DNA of 64,000 nt, taken from the NCBI GenBank assembly GCA_947480335.1, contig CANKCB010000002.1, positions 30,976 to 94,975 on the forward strand, given 5' to 3'. The notes under the pieces are model-generated. The model did not search any database. It saw only the letters and a list, made by a program, of their open reading frames with translations, and was not told the DNA's origin. This document shows positions 49,853 through 59,264 of the stretch, piece by piece. Every line of letters begins with the position of its first letter. Within the stretch, counting starts at the first letter, position 1. The DNA comes from Gammaproteobacteria bacterium. Its GTDB lineage: Bacteria; Pseudomonadota; Gammaproteobacteria; Eutrophobiales; Eutrophobiaceae. The position numbers were made by a program, and so were the translations under genes.

Positions 49853-50605
49853 TTATTTCACTTCTCCCAGTATCAGCTTTAATTCTGCCAGACTGTCCTT
49901 CAGGTCGGTCATGGTACTGTCGGCCAACGGGATGAACTTTTCATTGATCTCGTGGCTGAGTCGATCCACACTGACAAAGGCGTTTTTTACGGCCGTGATA
50001 CTTTCCATGGTGTCCGGCGAGTTGACCAGCCGATTTATCGCGCTTAATGATGAAGATATATTGACCACCATGTGTTCGATTGAAATATCCTGCAGTGCCT
50101 TGTCGAATTGTTCAAATGGCATCGGTATCGTTGGGATTTCGATCAGCTTGCCGTCACCAAAATAATGAATCTCTGTTTCCGGATGGTAATCCAGTTGGAT
50201 AAAAAGTTGTGAGGTCAGTATGCTCTGGATTTTCAGCTGGGCGCGTAAACCGAGCTGTTCGACTATAGATTTTAGCGGATCTTCTACCTGTAATCTGCGC
50301 ACCTGATCAATAGATTCAGCATCAATTTCAGCGATGACGGGTACACGCAGCTCGCCCGTAGTCGTATTAAATTCGATATTTATCGCCGTGACTGTTCCTA
50401 CTTCGACGCCGCGAACATTGACCTGCGCACCGACATTCAATCCATCTACAGAACCGCTGAAATACATGATCACACGTTCGCGTCGGGTGAACAGGCCCTC
50501 TCCGCCAAACAGGATGATCGCAACTACCAGTAATACGATTGCGCCAGTAACAAATGCTCCCAGCATGGTTGTATTGACCTTTTTATTCACGTGCATGCCC
50601 GCCAA
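49853..50605 (-). CDS. MCE/MlaD-family protein, N-terminal portion (TM anchor plus MCE domain) ending at an in-frame TAA
   Basis: 250 codons with TM helix MLGAFVTGAIVLLVVAIILF and MCE domain YFSGSVDGLNVGAQVNVRGVEVGTVTAI. It ends ...LAELKLILGEVK-TAA at 49853-49855. Confidence 0.85.
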   Translation of the reverse strand: MAGMHVNKKVNTTMLGAFVTGAIVLLVVAIILFGGEGLFTRRERVIMYFSGSVDGLNVGAQVNVRGVEVGTVTAINIEFNTTTGELRVPVIAEIDAESIDQVRRLQVEDPLKSIVEQLGLRAQLKIQSILTSQLFIQLDYHPETEIHYFGDGKLIEIPTIPMPFEQFDKALQDISIEHMVVNISSSLSAINRLVNSPDTMESITAVKNAFVSVDRLSHEINEKFIPLADSTMTDLKDSLAELKLILGEVK

Positions 50606-51368
50606 GAAAATCCCTCACGCCGGGTTCAGGAGAAGATTCACGTAATTGTTTGGGATCGCCGCTCGCAATCATGGTTCGGGTTTCCGCATCCAGGAACACA
50701 GAATTGTTACCTATTCTCAGTATGCTATCGAGTTCATGCGTCACAACCACGATTGTGGTCTTCAGGCTGTCGCGGATTTCCAGGATCAGCTCATCCATGC
50801 GCCTGGAACTGGGCGGATCCAGCCCGGCACTTGGTTCATCAAAAAACAGGATTTCCGGGTCCAGCGCTATGGCCCGTGCCAGACTGCCGCGTTTTCGCAT
50901 TCCCCCACTCATTTCAGATGGATAAAATTCCTCATAACCTGCCAGACCAACCAGTGCCAGCTTGAACGATACCACCTCGCGGATCTCTGCCGGACCCAGA
51001 TCGGTATATTCCTCAAGTGGCAATCCTACATTTTCCGCCAGCGTCAGCGAACTCCATAATGCTCCACCCTGGAACAATACACCAAACCGGCGCTTGATTT
51101 CCTCCTGCTGCTGCTCTGGTGATTTCCAGAAGTTGATATTATCAAACCAGACATCACCTTTTGAGGGTATCTTAAGCCCAATCAGGTTTTTCAGCAGTGT
51201 GGTCTTGCCGCAGCCACTACCGCCCATAATAATGAATATATCGCCGTGGTTGACGGTAAAATTCAGGTCACGCTGGATAACGAAATCACCGTAGGCCATC
51301 GTTAGGTCGCTTACAGTGATATGGGCACCTGCCTTCTCCATGTATTGGGTAGCGCTCGCTGCCAACAT
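50583..51368 (-). CDS. ABC transporter ATP-binding protein (MlaF-like)
   Basis: ATG 51368 lies 1 nt after the permease stop. Walker A is GGSGCGKTT, the signature is MSGGMRKR and Walker B is ILFFDEPSAGLD. Confidence 0.9.
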   Translation of the reverse strand: MLAASATQYMEKAGAHITVSDLTMAYGDFVIQRDLNFTVNHGDIFIIMGGSGCGKTTLLKNLIGLKIPSKGDVWFDNINFWKSPEQQQEEIKRRFGVLFQGGALWSSLTLAENVGLPLEEYTDLGPAEIREVVSFKLALVGLAGYEEFYPSEMSGGMRKRGSLARAIALDPEILFFDEPSAGLDPPSSRRMDELILEIRDSLKTTIVVVTHELDSILRIGNNSVFLDAETRTMIASGDPKQLRESSPEPGVRDFLGGHARE

Positions 51369-51369
51369 A

Positions 51370-52509
51370 TCAGATGTCCAGTTTATAAAACACAATCGTC
51401 ATTGCCGAGGCCGTTAAGACAATGTAGACAATGCTGGTGACTACGGCAGATGTGGTTGCCTCACCGACTGCCTGCGCACTGCGTCCGCACTGTATGCCGC
51501 GCAGACAGCCGGATACCGCAATCACTATGCCATAAACCGTTCCCTTGAAAATACCAACCCAGAACTGTTTTAGTTCGAGCGCGCGCAAGGTCTGCTGCCA
51601 GTATTCGAATAAGGTGATATCAAACACGGTGATCCCGATTACCATGCCGGCCAGTGTGCCGACCAGGCCGGCGTACAGAGTCAATAACGGTATCATCATG
51701 ACCAGCGCAAGTATCCGCGGCATTACCAGAAAGTCGACAGTCGAGATGCCCAGTGTCTTGTAGGCATCAATTTCCTCATTTACCTGCATCGTGCCGAGTT
51801 CGGCCGCAAATGCAGCGCCGGTACGTCCGGCCATGATGATGCCGGTCATCAAGGCGCCAATTTCACGCACCATACCTATGGAGACCAGATCGGTGATATA
51901 GATCTGCACGCCGACACGTTCAAGTTGTGCCGCACCCATATAGGCGAGTATCAGGCCGACCAGGAAACTGACCAGCGAGACTATTGGCAGCGCATTCGGG
52001 CCTACCTGCTGGATCAAGAGCAGGAGATCACCCGGACGGAACTGCGCCTTACCGGTTGCAAGTCGGACAAATGACATGATGATCTCGCCAATAAAGCGCA
52101 TAGTCTGCGGCATCCCGTGCGCCATCAACAGTGTCATATTGCCAATTTGCTCGAAAAAACCCTGTGCGGCGTTGGTGCGGGACGTAAGGGTAGCAGCCGG
52201 GATCGACCTGGCCATGTTGAGCAGTTTTTGAACGCCATCAGGCAGACCGGAAGTTTCCAGCGCCAGACCAGTCTTGTCACAAAAAGCCAGCAGGCGGGTA
52301 ATGAAAACTGGCAGGCTGGTGTCCCAGTGTGTGATGCGGTTTTCCCTAATCCTGATTGTTGTAATTCCAGGATATGCTGACAGCTGTTGCTCAACGTACT
52401 CAATAGCAACAATACCGTCACGCAGGTGCCAGTCTGCTGCTAGCACAATATCCAGAGTACGTTCGTCAGGATTGTGAAACTCAAGGCGTGAATCGTGGAT
52501 TATGTCCAA
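51370..52509 (-). CDS. MlaE-family ABC permease with an N-terminal STAS/MlaB-like extension
   Basis: 379 aa. The only in-frame start is TTG 52509, because an upstream stop closes the frame at 52606-52608. A soluble N-terminal region of about 120 aa precedes the MlaE-like TM core (GPNALPIVSLVSFLVGLILAY, EIDAYKTLGIS). Confidence 0.85.
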   Translation of the reverse strand: MDIIHDSRLEFHNPDERTLDIVLAADWHLRDGIVAIEYVEQQLSAYPGITTIRIRENRITHWDTSLPVFITRLLAFCDKTGLALETSGLPDGVQKLLNMARSIPAATLTSRTNAAQGFFEQIGNMTLLMAHGMPQTMRFIGEIIMSFVRLATGKAQFRPGDLLLLIQQVGPNALPIVSLVSFLVGLILAYMGAAQLERVGVQIYITDLVSIGMVREIGALMTGIIMAGRTGAAFAAELGTMQVNEEIDAYKTLGISTVDFLVMPRILALVMMIPLLTLYAGLVGTLAGMVIGITVFDITLFEYWQQTLRALELKQFWVGIFKGTVYGIVIAVSGCLRGIQCGRSAQAVGEATTSAVVTSIVYIVLTASAMTIVFYKLDI

Positions 52510-52919
52510 TGCCCTTGTCCATCTGTTATCAGATAGGATAAGTCTAAAGGGTATTGCACTGTATTGTAAGATGATTCTGGCAGTTATTGTTTGACATATT
52601 CTTATTCATACTACATGTGTTGTATTAAAACTCAGAGACCGCATCATCCGGACTGGGTAAATGTAACGGATTAGAATGAATTGCCGAAGGTGGCTTTGCA
52701 CCGGACAGAGTCTCTGAAATAATTACTAGAGATCTGGGCAATGCCAATCTTGTGGAGGTATACGACTACAGGGCCGTTTATTATTATTATTGAAGGAAGT
52801 CACTGACTGACAACTCTGGTAGCCTATCCAGCGCCATCGGAATTTGAATGGCCTATCTAAATTGGTCTGGCGACTCGCAAGTGTCAATTAAATAGGCCGG
52901 AAACTATTGAGCAGCAGTA

Positions 52920-52948
52920 ACAGACCACGATTTTTAATCGTGGTCTGT
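52920..52948 (-). terminator. 11-bp stem hairpin 9 nt downstream of the surface-antigen gene stop
   Basis: ACAGACCACGA-7 nt loop-TCGTGGTCTGT. There is no clear U-tract on the minus strand, so the terminator call is tentative. Confidence 0.4.
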
Positions 52949-52956
52949 CATTTATT

Positions 52957-53433
52957 CTAGCTTTCTACAATTCGCCAGGTACCATCGGGCTGTCGGCAGG
53001 CGACACCGTAGGCATCTTCCTTTTTACTACCAATCGAAACAGTCTGATGAAACTCGCGGCAATAATTGCCCGTTTCGGAATAACCATCACGGGTTGGAGT
53101 GATACTGCCGTTATGGTTGTTCTGTGTGTTGTTCCAGGTGATTTCCTGTCCCAGTGGGGCCGTGCGTGCGTTGATATTCGCCTGATCCGCTTTCATTTTA
53201 TCGGTGTCATCCATGGATCGTCCGATTTCACTGCCCATCAGTCCGCCCAGTAAAACACCGACAGCCGTTGAGGCGAGCTGGCCTTTACCACCACCAAATT
53301 GTGCTCCTAACAAACCACCTAGCGCAGCACCGGCCAGACCACCGACAGTTTGTTTCTGGCCATACGGACTACTGGCGCAGGCACTCAAAATAACAATGAT
53401 GGTGACGAGGCAAAAGGTTTTAAATTTATTCAT
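52957..53433 (-). CDS. glycine-zipper / 17-kDa surface-antigen-family lipoprotein
   Basis: 158 aa with lipobox LSAC and a glycine zipper (GGLAGAALGGLLGAQFGGGKG...VGVLLGGLMG). The C-terminal module is YCREF...ACRQPDGTWRI. Confidence 0.8.
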   Translation of the reverse strand: MNKFKTFCLVTIIVILSACASSPYGQKQTVGGLAGAALGGLLGAQFGGGKGQLASTAVGVLLGGLMGSEIGRSMDDTDKMKADQANINARTAPLGQEITWNNTQNNHNGSITPTRDGYSETGNYCREFHQTVSIGSKKEDAYGVACRQPDGTWRIVES

Positions 53434-53576
53434 AATCTACTCCAGACGACATATTGGTTGTTGGCAAAATTCCGCAACCGGGAACGGAAAAATACGACAG
53501 GATAAGAGTAGAGTCTGCGGGCACATTCCTCTGTGCGCTAACGTACATGTAGCGGGTAATGTGTGGGTTGGAAAGG

Positions 53577-55499
53577 TTAGTCCGTACGGCGCAATTTTAT
53601 TTGTCGCCGTGTAATATCATAGGATGTACCGCAGAGGACTATACCGATAACCAGTCCGAGTAGAGAGGGGAAGATTAAAAACAGCGCGCCAATGGCCAGC
53701 AGAATGCGGGTCCAGCCAGAGCAGGTAAATTTGTCATAAGATTCAATTGCAGCAGACAACAGGATTAAACCCGCTGCGGCGCTGAGAAAAGTAATCGCCG
53801 TCATCAGCGGTGAGCCGATTAGCAACAGTTCCGGACCATAGACAAAGACAAATGGAACCACGAACGCCGCCAGCGCCAGTCTGCAACCAATCAAGGCGAT
53901 ATGTAATGGATTGGCCTCGGCGATAGACGATGCCGCATAGGCGGCCACAGCAACCGGTGGTGTAACAGCCGACATCACGGCGTAATAGAGCAAAAACATA
54001 TGTGCGGCCATCGTGGGAATGTCGAGCTGGGCCAGCAGGGGGCCGACCAGTACTGCGGCCAATATATACGCACTCGGTGTGGGCATGCCCATGCCCAGAA
54101 TGATGGTCAATAAGCCCGAGAGGACCAGCGTGGGAAATAACTGTGCATCGGTAATGTTATAAATGACATGGCCGAATTTGGCAGCAAGACCGGTCATGGT
54201 AATGCCGCCGGTAACCAGTCCAGCGGCCGCACAGGCTCCGGCAACCGGTATCATGCGTTGTGTGGTTTCGGCCAGCGCCTGATACAGGCCAGCCAAACCG
54301 ACACGGGTTAGTTTTTGAAACATGGCGACAACCAGAATCACGACTGTGCCGATAACAGCAACGGTGGTAGGGGTGTAGCCGCGTAACAAGGCAACCGTCA
54401 GCACGACCAATGGGATGATGAATATCCAGCCGCGTTGCAGTGTCTGTTTCAGCGGTGGTATCTGACTGGGGTCAAGTGCCTGTACACCGGGTAAGCGCAG
54501 CGAGATGAAATGCACCTGCGAATACACGCAGACGTAATAGAGTATCGCTGGCAGGATGGCGGCGATGGCTATCTCGTTATAATCGATGCCAGTGTATTCA
54601 GCCATGATAAAGGCAGCCGAGCCCATTACTGGTGGCATGATACTGCCGCCGACCGAGGCGGTGACCTCAATCGCGCCGGCGAGTGCGGCCGGATAACCCA
54701 GCCGTTTCATAATCGGAATATTGACCGAACCGGTGGTTACCACATCTGAAGTAGGACTACCCGATATCGTGCCGTACAAGCCAGAGGAAATCACCGCAAT
54801 CTTGGCCGGGCCACCCGGACTGCGGCCACTGATTGCTGCGGCCACATCAAAGAAGAATTCACCGCCTTTGGCCTGTTGTAACACCGTACCAAACAGTACG
54901 AACAGGAACGCATACGTGGCCGCTACATGCACGGGTAGTCCGAGTATGCCATCGGTAGTGTAGACCATGATGTCGAGAAAATGGTTGGTGTCGATATCAC
55001 TGTGCTGCAATACCCCGTCCAGATGATGTCCGAGGAAGTTATAGGTAATAAATAGCAACACCAACAGTGTCAGGCCCAGACCGGTTGTGCGACGGGTTAT
55101 CTCGATACTGAGTATCAGCATGCTCCAGCCGAATACCAGTTCCCAGGATTCCAGCGGGAACAATAAAGAAATACGTTCATTCAGCGCGCTGGCATTGAAG
55201 ACAAAATAGGCTCCAGTGATCAGACTGGCCACGGACAGTAGCCAGTCTATCGTGGCAGGACGGGCCGGATGTGAATACGGTGTGGCTCCAATCAGTAAAA
55301 AAGCCAGCGCAAACATCAGTGACAGGAAAATGGAGGTCATTGTCCAGGGGCTGACGACAACGGCCACCGCTGCATAGATTACCCAAATACTGAGCAGTAC
55401 CGCATACGCATTCAGCAGATGTTTGAGCAGACCTGTGGGTTTGCGGTGGATACCGACTGAAAACCAGTAATCTGCTTGCAGATAGATTGGACGGGCCAT
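53577..55499 (-). CDS. TRAP transporter fused permease subunit (TAXI-type, DctQM-like fusion)
   Basis: 640 aa and highly polytopic. It lies immediately downstream of a TAXI-like binding protein gene. Confidence 0.85.
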   Translation of the reverse strand: MARPIYLQADYWFSVGIHRKPTGLLKHLLNAYAVLLSIWVIYAAVAVVVSPWTMTSIFLSLMFALAFLLIGATPYSHPARPATIDWLLSVASLITGAYFVFNASALNERISLLFPLESWELVFGWSMLILSIEITRRTTGLGLTLLVLLFITYNFLGHHLDGVLQHSDIDTNHFLDIMVYTTDGILGLPVHVAATYAFLFVLFGTVLQQAKGGEFFFDVAAAISGRSPGGPAKIAVISSGLYGTISGSPTSDVVTTGSVNIPIMKRLGYPAALAGAIEVTASVGGSIMPPVMGSAAFIMAEYTGIDYNEIAIAAILPAILYYVCVYSQVHFISLRLPGVQALDPSQIPPLKQTLQRGWIFIIPLVVLTVALLRGYTPTTVAVIGTVVILVVAMFQKLTRVGLAGLYQALAETTQRMIPVAGACAAAGLVTGGITMTGLAAKFGHVIYNITDAQLFPTLVLSGLLTIILGMGMPTPSAYILAAVLVGPLLAQLDIPTMAAHMFLLYYAVMSAVTPPVAVAAYAASSIAEANPLHIALIGCRLALAAFVVPFVFVYGPELLLIGSPLMTAITFLSAAAGLILLSAAIESYDKFTCSGWTRILLAIGALFLIFPSLLGLVIGIVLCGTSYDITRRQIKLRRTD

Positions 55500-55546
55500 C
55501 GTGGATTCAGACTCGTATCGTAGCCACGGTCGTGTCTAGACCAGTA

Positions 55547-56587
55547 TTATTTGATCAAGCCAGCTTCACGCAGCGCACGTTCGGCACCGGGATGCCAGGG
55601 TGCAACGGCGCCTTCCGCGATACTTTCTGCTGTGGTGGCTTCGGCCAGCAAACGATGCGCGGATTTGAACGCATCCAGATTTTCAATCATGGCTTTGGTA
55701 ATGGCATAAGCCGTGTCATCGTCCATCGATTTGTTCACGACCAGTACCGCACCCGTGCAGACCGTTGTGGAATCGTGTTCGAGAAAACTGTATTCGTCTT
55801 TTTTAAATTGACAGACCTTGCCACCAATACTGGCGACCACTTTATTGGCTACCGGTTCGGTCACATCCAGCATCATCAGTGGAATTGCATTCGCCATTTC
55901 TGTCACGCTGGCATGGTTATAGGAGACGCCAAAATTGGCCAGATCCAGACGACGGTCGGCCATCAAGCCGGTTTGTTCATTGGTGGCGCCACGGATGACC
56001 TGGCCTCCCCAACTTTTGATCGTGTCCAGCGAGGCACCCAGTGCCTCCAGTATTGCAATGCCGGTGTCGCCATCCATATTGCCGGGACGGTTTACCGCAA
56101 CGCGTAAGGCCGGTTTTTTGGCGACGATGTCGGCAAAGGACTGAATTCCCTGTTCTGTGGCGTAATCACGGTTCATGATCAGATGGGTGGCCTGAAAACG
56201 GGATTCGGCCGTGAACAGGCGAAACAACACACGCAAATCCTGTTGCGGTTTGCCCTTGAACACACCGGTACCGTCCCAGGCAGATTTCAGTTCCATATCG
56301 GAGATGATGCCTAAGGGAACCTTATTATCAGCGACCAGTTTGGCATTCGCCAGGCCTCCGCTGCTGGTTTGATAGGTGATGGTCGAACCGGGGTAGGCCT
56401 TATTGATGACCTTATCCAGACCCAGACCCAGTGCTGACCATAATCCTCCGGGGCTGGCTCCACTGACAGTCAGATTTTGTACACCAAACGGACCGGCCAG
56501 TAATGGCTGTCCGTACAAACTCAATACGAGAGTCAGTCCAGAAAATATTTTCAATAACTGTAAACAACGATTCTGCAAATTAGTCAC
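55547..56587 (-). CDS. TRAP transporter solute-binding subunit, TAXI family
   Basis: 346 aa with a signal peptide, a periplasmic binding-protein pattern and a C-terminal WHPGAERALREAGL typical of TAXI receptors. The family call is from memory of family features. Confidence 0.8.
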   Translation of the reverse strand: MTNLQNRCLQLLKIFSGLTLVLSLYGQPLLAGPFGVQNLTVSGASPGGLWSALGLGLDKVINKAYPGSTITYQTSSGGLANAKLVADNKVPLGIISDMELKSAWDGTGVFKGKPQQDLRVLFRLFTAESRFQATHLIMNRDYATEQGIQSFADIVAKKPALRVAVNRPGNMDGDTGIAILEALGASLDTIKSWGGQVIRGATNEQTGLMADRRLDLANFGVSYNHASVTEMANAIPLMMLDVTEPVANKVVASIGGKVCQFKKDEYSFLEHDSTTVCTGAVLVVNKSMDDDTAYAITKAMIENLDAFKSAHRLLAEATTAESIAEGAVAPWHPGAERALREAGLIK

Positions 56588-56704
56588 GGTTTCCCCCTGC
56601 CAGACCAGACTGACAGTGGCATGATTGCCACTGTATGAATGTGAACGAGAATAAAGTAACTACAGGCTAAAATCCAGCCAAAACCAGGCTGTCGTGTGTG
56701 GAGA

Positions 56705-57481
56705 TCAATCGTCCTTGATGGGCGGAACAACTGAGTAGATTTCTTCCAGGGTAGTCAGGCCATTGGCCACTTTTTGCGCTCCACTGAGCCGCAAGTTACG
56801 CATACCCTGTTTTTCTGCGGCGTCGTGGTACAACTGTAAATCGTTGGTCGTATTGATCAGTTTACGGATCGCTTTGTCCACAAACAGCGCCTCATAAATA
56901 CCGATACGTCCCATATATCCGGTATGACGGCACTCATCGCAACCAACGGCCTTGTAGATGCTAGCCGGCACTTTGGTTTTTGCCGGCGCGACCAGTCGCT
57001 GCCAGGCCTCCTTGTCCACTTCATCGGGCTGTTTGCAATGTGGGCAAAGTGTACGTACCAAACGTTGCGCCAGTATTCCAAGCAGGGTAGCACCAATCAG
57101 ATAGGGTTGGGCACCGAGATCGATTAGACGGGTAATGGTCGATGGGGCATCGTTTGTGTGTAAACTGGATAACACCAGATGACCGGTCAATGCGGCCTGG
57201 ATGGCGACCTCGGCGGTTTCCCTGTCTCGAATCTCACCGACCATGATGATGTCAGGATCCTGCCGTAGTAATGTGCGTACACCACTGGCAAAGGTTACAT
57301 CAATAATCGGTTGTACCTGCATCTGGTTGAACTGCGGATCGACCAATTCGATCGGATCTTCAATTGTGCAGATATTCAGTTCGGGGCGAGCTATTTGTTT
57401 CAATGCAGAATAAAGCGTGGTCGTTTTACCCGAACCGGTCGGTCCGGTTACCAGCAGTATGCCATGCGGGTTGTCGATCAT
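56705..57481 (-). pseudogene. 5'-truncated GspE/PilB-type ATPase: C-terminal catalytic domain only
   Basis: The 258-aa ORF starts 10 residues before Walker A ([21 protein letters not shown]). It keeps the Asp box, Walker B ([12 protein letters not shown]), the His box ([13 protein letters not shown]) and the tetra-Cys site (CPHC...CDEC). A TAG closes the frame 4 codons upstream of the ATG, and no N1/N2 domains are present. Confidence 0.7.
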
Positions 57482-57632
57482 CTTCTCCCAACTCTAATGT
57501 GCTGGCCATGTCACAAATCCCGTGTTGTTATTATTGGAACGTTTATCCGCGTTAAAAGTCTGATAAGATACATTATTATCAATGCGGTATATACGCTTAC
57601 TTTGCCGGTGTTAAGGCGACTGGAGACAAAAT

Positions 57633-58352
57633 ATGTACATGAGACTGTTGACGATTTTAGTGGCGCTAACGATGTCAGTAAATACGATGGCACAGCAGGA
57701 GCCAGCTGAGACGATTAAAAAAGCGCTGACGGTGGTGTTCCAGGATATCAAACCGGACCGTATCGAACCGTCGGAAATCCCCGGCCTGTATCTGGTAACT
57801 ATGGGTGCCGAGGTGTTTTATGTCAGCGGTGATGGTAAGTATCTGCTGCGTGGCGACCTGATTGATTTGAAAAATAAGAACAATCTAAGTGAAGTCCAGC
57901 GCGGGGTTGCCCGTGTTGACATGATCAAGAAGATCAAGTCTGACGAATATATCGAATTTGCTCCTGAAAAAACCGAGCATGTTATCTATGTGTTTACCGA
58001 TATTACCTGTGCCTTCTGCCAAAAGTTGCAGCGTGATATTGAACTGATCAAGGCCAAGGGAATAGCTGTCCGATATCTGGCATTTCCACGTGATGGAATC
58101 AATACCCCAACGGCAAAAAACATGGAATCAGTCTGGTGTGCGGACAACCGCCAGAATGCATTTGCCGCGGCGATGGTTGGTTTGGGTGTGACCGAAGCTA
58201 CCTGTAAGAACCCTGTAAATCAGCATTTTGAACTGGGTCAGGCGATGGGTGTTCGGGGTACGCCGGCAATTTTTACGACGGACGGCCGTTATTTACCGGG
58301 ATATCTGCCGCCGGATGAATTATTGAGCGCGATCAAGAACGAGAGTAAGTAG
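57633..58352 (+). CDS. dsbC: thiol:disulfide interchange protein DsbC
   Basis: 239 aa with a signal peptide, an N-terminal dimerisation domain, and a thioredoxin fold with DITCAFCQKL (CxxC) and GTPAIF. Confidence 0.9.
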   Translation: MYMRLLTILVALTMSVNTMAQQEPAETIKKALTVVFQDIKPDRIEPSEIPGLYLVTMGAEVFYVSGDGKYLLRGDLIDLKNKNNLSEVQRGVARVDMIKKIKSDEYIEFAPEKTEHVIYVFTDITCAFCQKLQRDIELIKAKGIAVRYLAFPRDGINTPTAKNMESVWCADNRQNAFAAAMVGLGVTEATCKNPVNQHFELGQAMGVRGTPAIFTTDGRYLPGYLPPDELLSAIKNESK

Positions 58353-58368
58353 GTAAAGCAGCACAGCT

Positions 58369-59112
58369 TTACTTCTGTGTAACCTTTTCGTAGCCATAAC
58401 CGGTCAATGACGTGATAGTTACGATTGTTTTGACTCCGTCATCTACATTTTCCAGCTTGACCGGTAGATAACCGACTTCTGGCGCGCTCCAGAAGATAGA
58501 TTGCCTGGTGCTGTTCGGAAAATGACGTACGATCTTGATCGTTTTCAGCTTTCCCAGTGGCGTGTCGATTGTTTCTTCACCCAGCGCTTCAAACTCATAC
58601 AACTTTTCCTTGCCACCGTCAGCGACCTTGTAGGTGAGTTTCGATTTGCCGGCCTGCATGTCGAGCATGATGGAATATTGATAAAGCAGCTTATCGACGA
58701 TGCCCTCAGTGGTAGGCATATACCAGGATGAGCCATTGATTGAATTGGTAATCTGGTTCTTTTTCCAGTCAAAAGCTATCTTGATGTTCTTATCCTTGTC
58801 CTTGTTGCCCGAATAGATATATTCATACGAATGAGGAATCACCTTGCCATCGGCAAACTGCCAAATGCTTTCCTCGATTATATGATCCTGTCTGAACATT
58901 GAAACTAATCCTGTGACGTTCGTTTCAGAACGGTAAAGCAGGTTGCCGTCCTGCATACGGCTAAAACTACGATCGGTTTTTGCTATTTTCACACCGCTAC
59001 GGTACACATCATACTGGGCATAAAACTCGGGCAAATTCTGTTCGCCAGCCAGCGTGGTGATGGAGGTTCCAGCACACAGTACCAAGGTCATTGCAGCTGA
59101 TATCAATTTCAT
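58369..59112 (-). CDS. DUF3108-like secreted protein
   Basis: ATG 59112 gives the signal peptide MKLISAAMTLVLCAGTSITTLAG. The rest is beta-rich and resembles DUF3108 family members (family call from memory). Confidence 0.7.
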   Translation of the reverse strand: MKLISAAMTLVLCAGTSITTLAGEQNLPEFYAQYDVYRSGVKIAKTDRSFSRMQDGNLLYRSETNVTGLVSMFRQDHIIEESIWQFADGKVIPHSYEYIYSGNKDKDKNIKIAFDWKKNQITNSINGSSWYMPTTEGIVDKLLYQYSIMLDMQAGKSKLTYKVADGGKEKLYEFEALGEETIDTPLGKLKTIKIVRHFPNSTRQSIFWSAPEVGYLPVKLENVDDGVKTIVTITSLTGYGYEKVTQK

Positions 59113-59264
59113 AGTAAAAGCTTGGACTCCGGCTGTGTGATAAGATTCGCAGTGATGTGTAAACTGGATTGGAACCAGCATAAAACCTTATTCCTGCGAT
59201 TGCAATGCCGTGTCAGAGTTGCATCATAACTTACTGAAATATATAAATATAAATAATAAATTCA

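Noticed and set aside
49602-50165. 187-aa plus-strand ORF
   Set aside because: It lies entirely antisense to the MCE gene, is Ser/Ile-rich and low-complexity, and shows no family features.
52510-52956. Small ORFs and a (TTA)4 microsatellite in the 447-bp low-GC spacer upstream of the MlaE-like operon
   Set aside because: The candidate peptides (7-19 aa) lack RBSs and the microsatellite is trivially short. The spacer is probably promoter or regulatory DNA. It is mentioned under the xerD-dsbC block rather than as its own finding.
55487-56107. 206-aa plus-strand ORF
   Set aside because: It is antisense to the TAXI binding-protein gene, which has clear family features.
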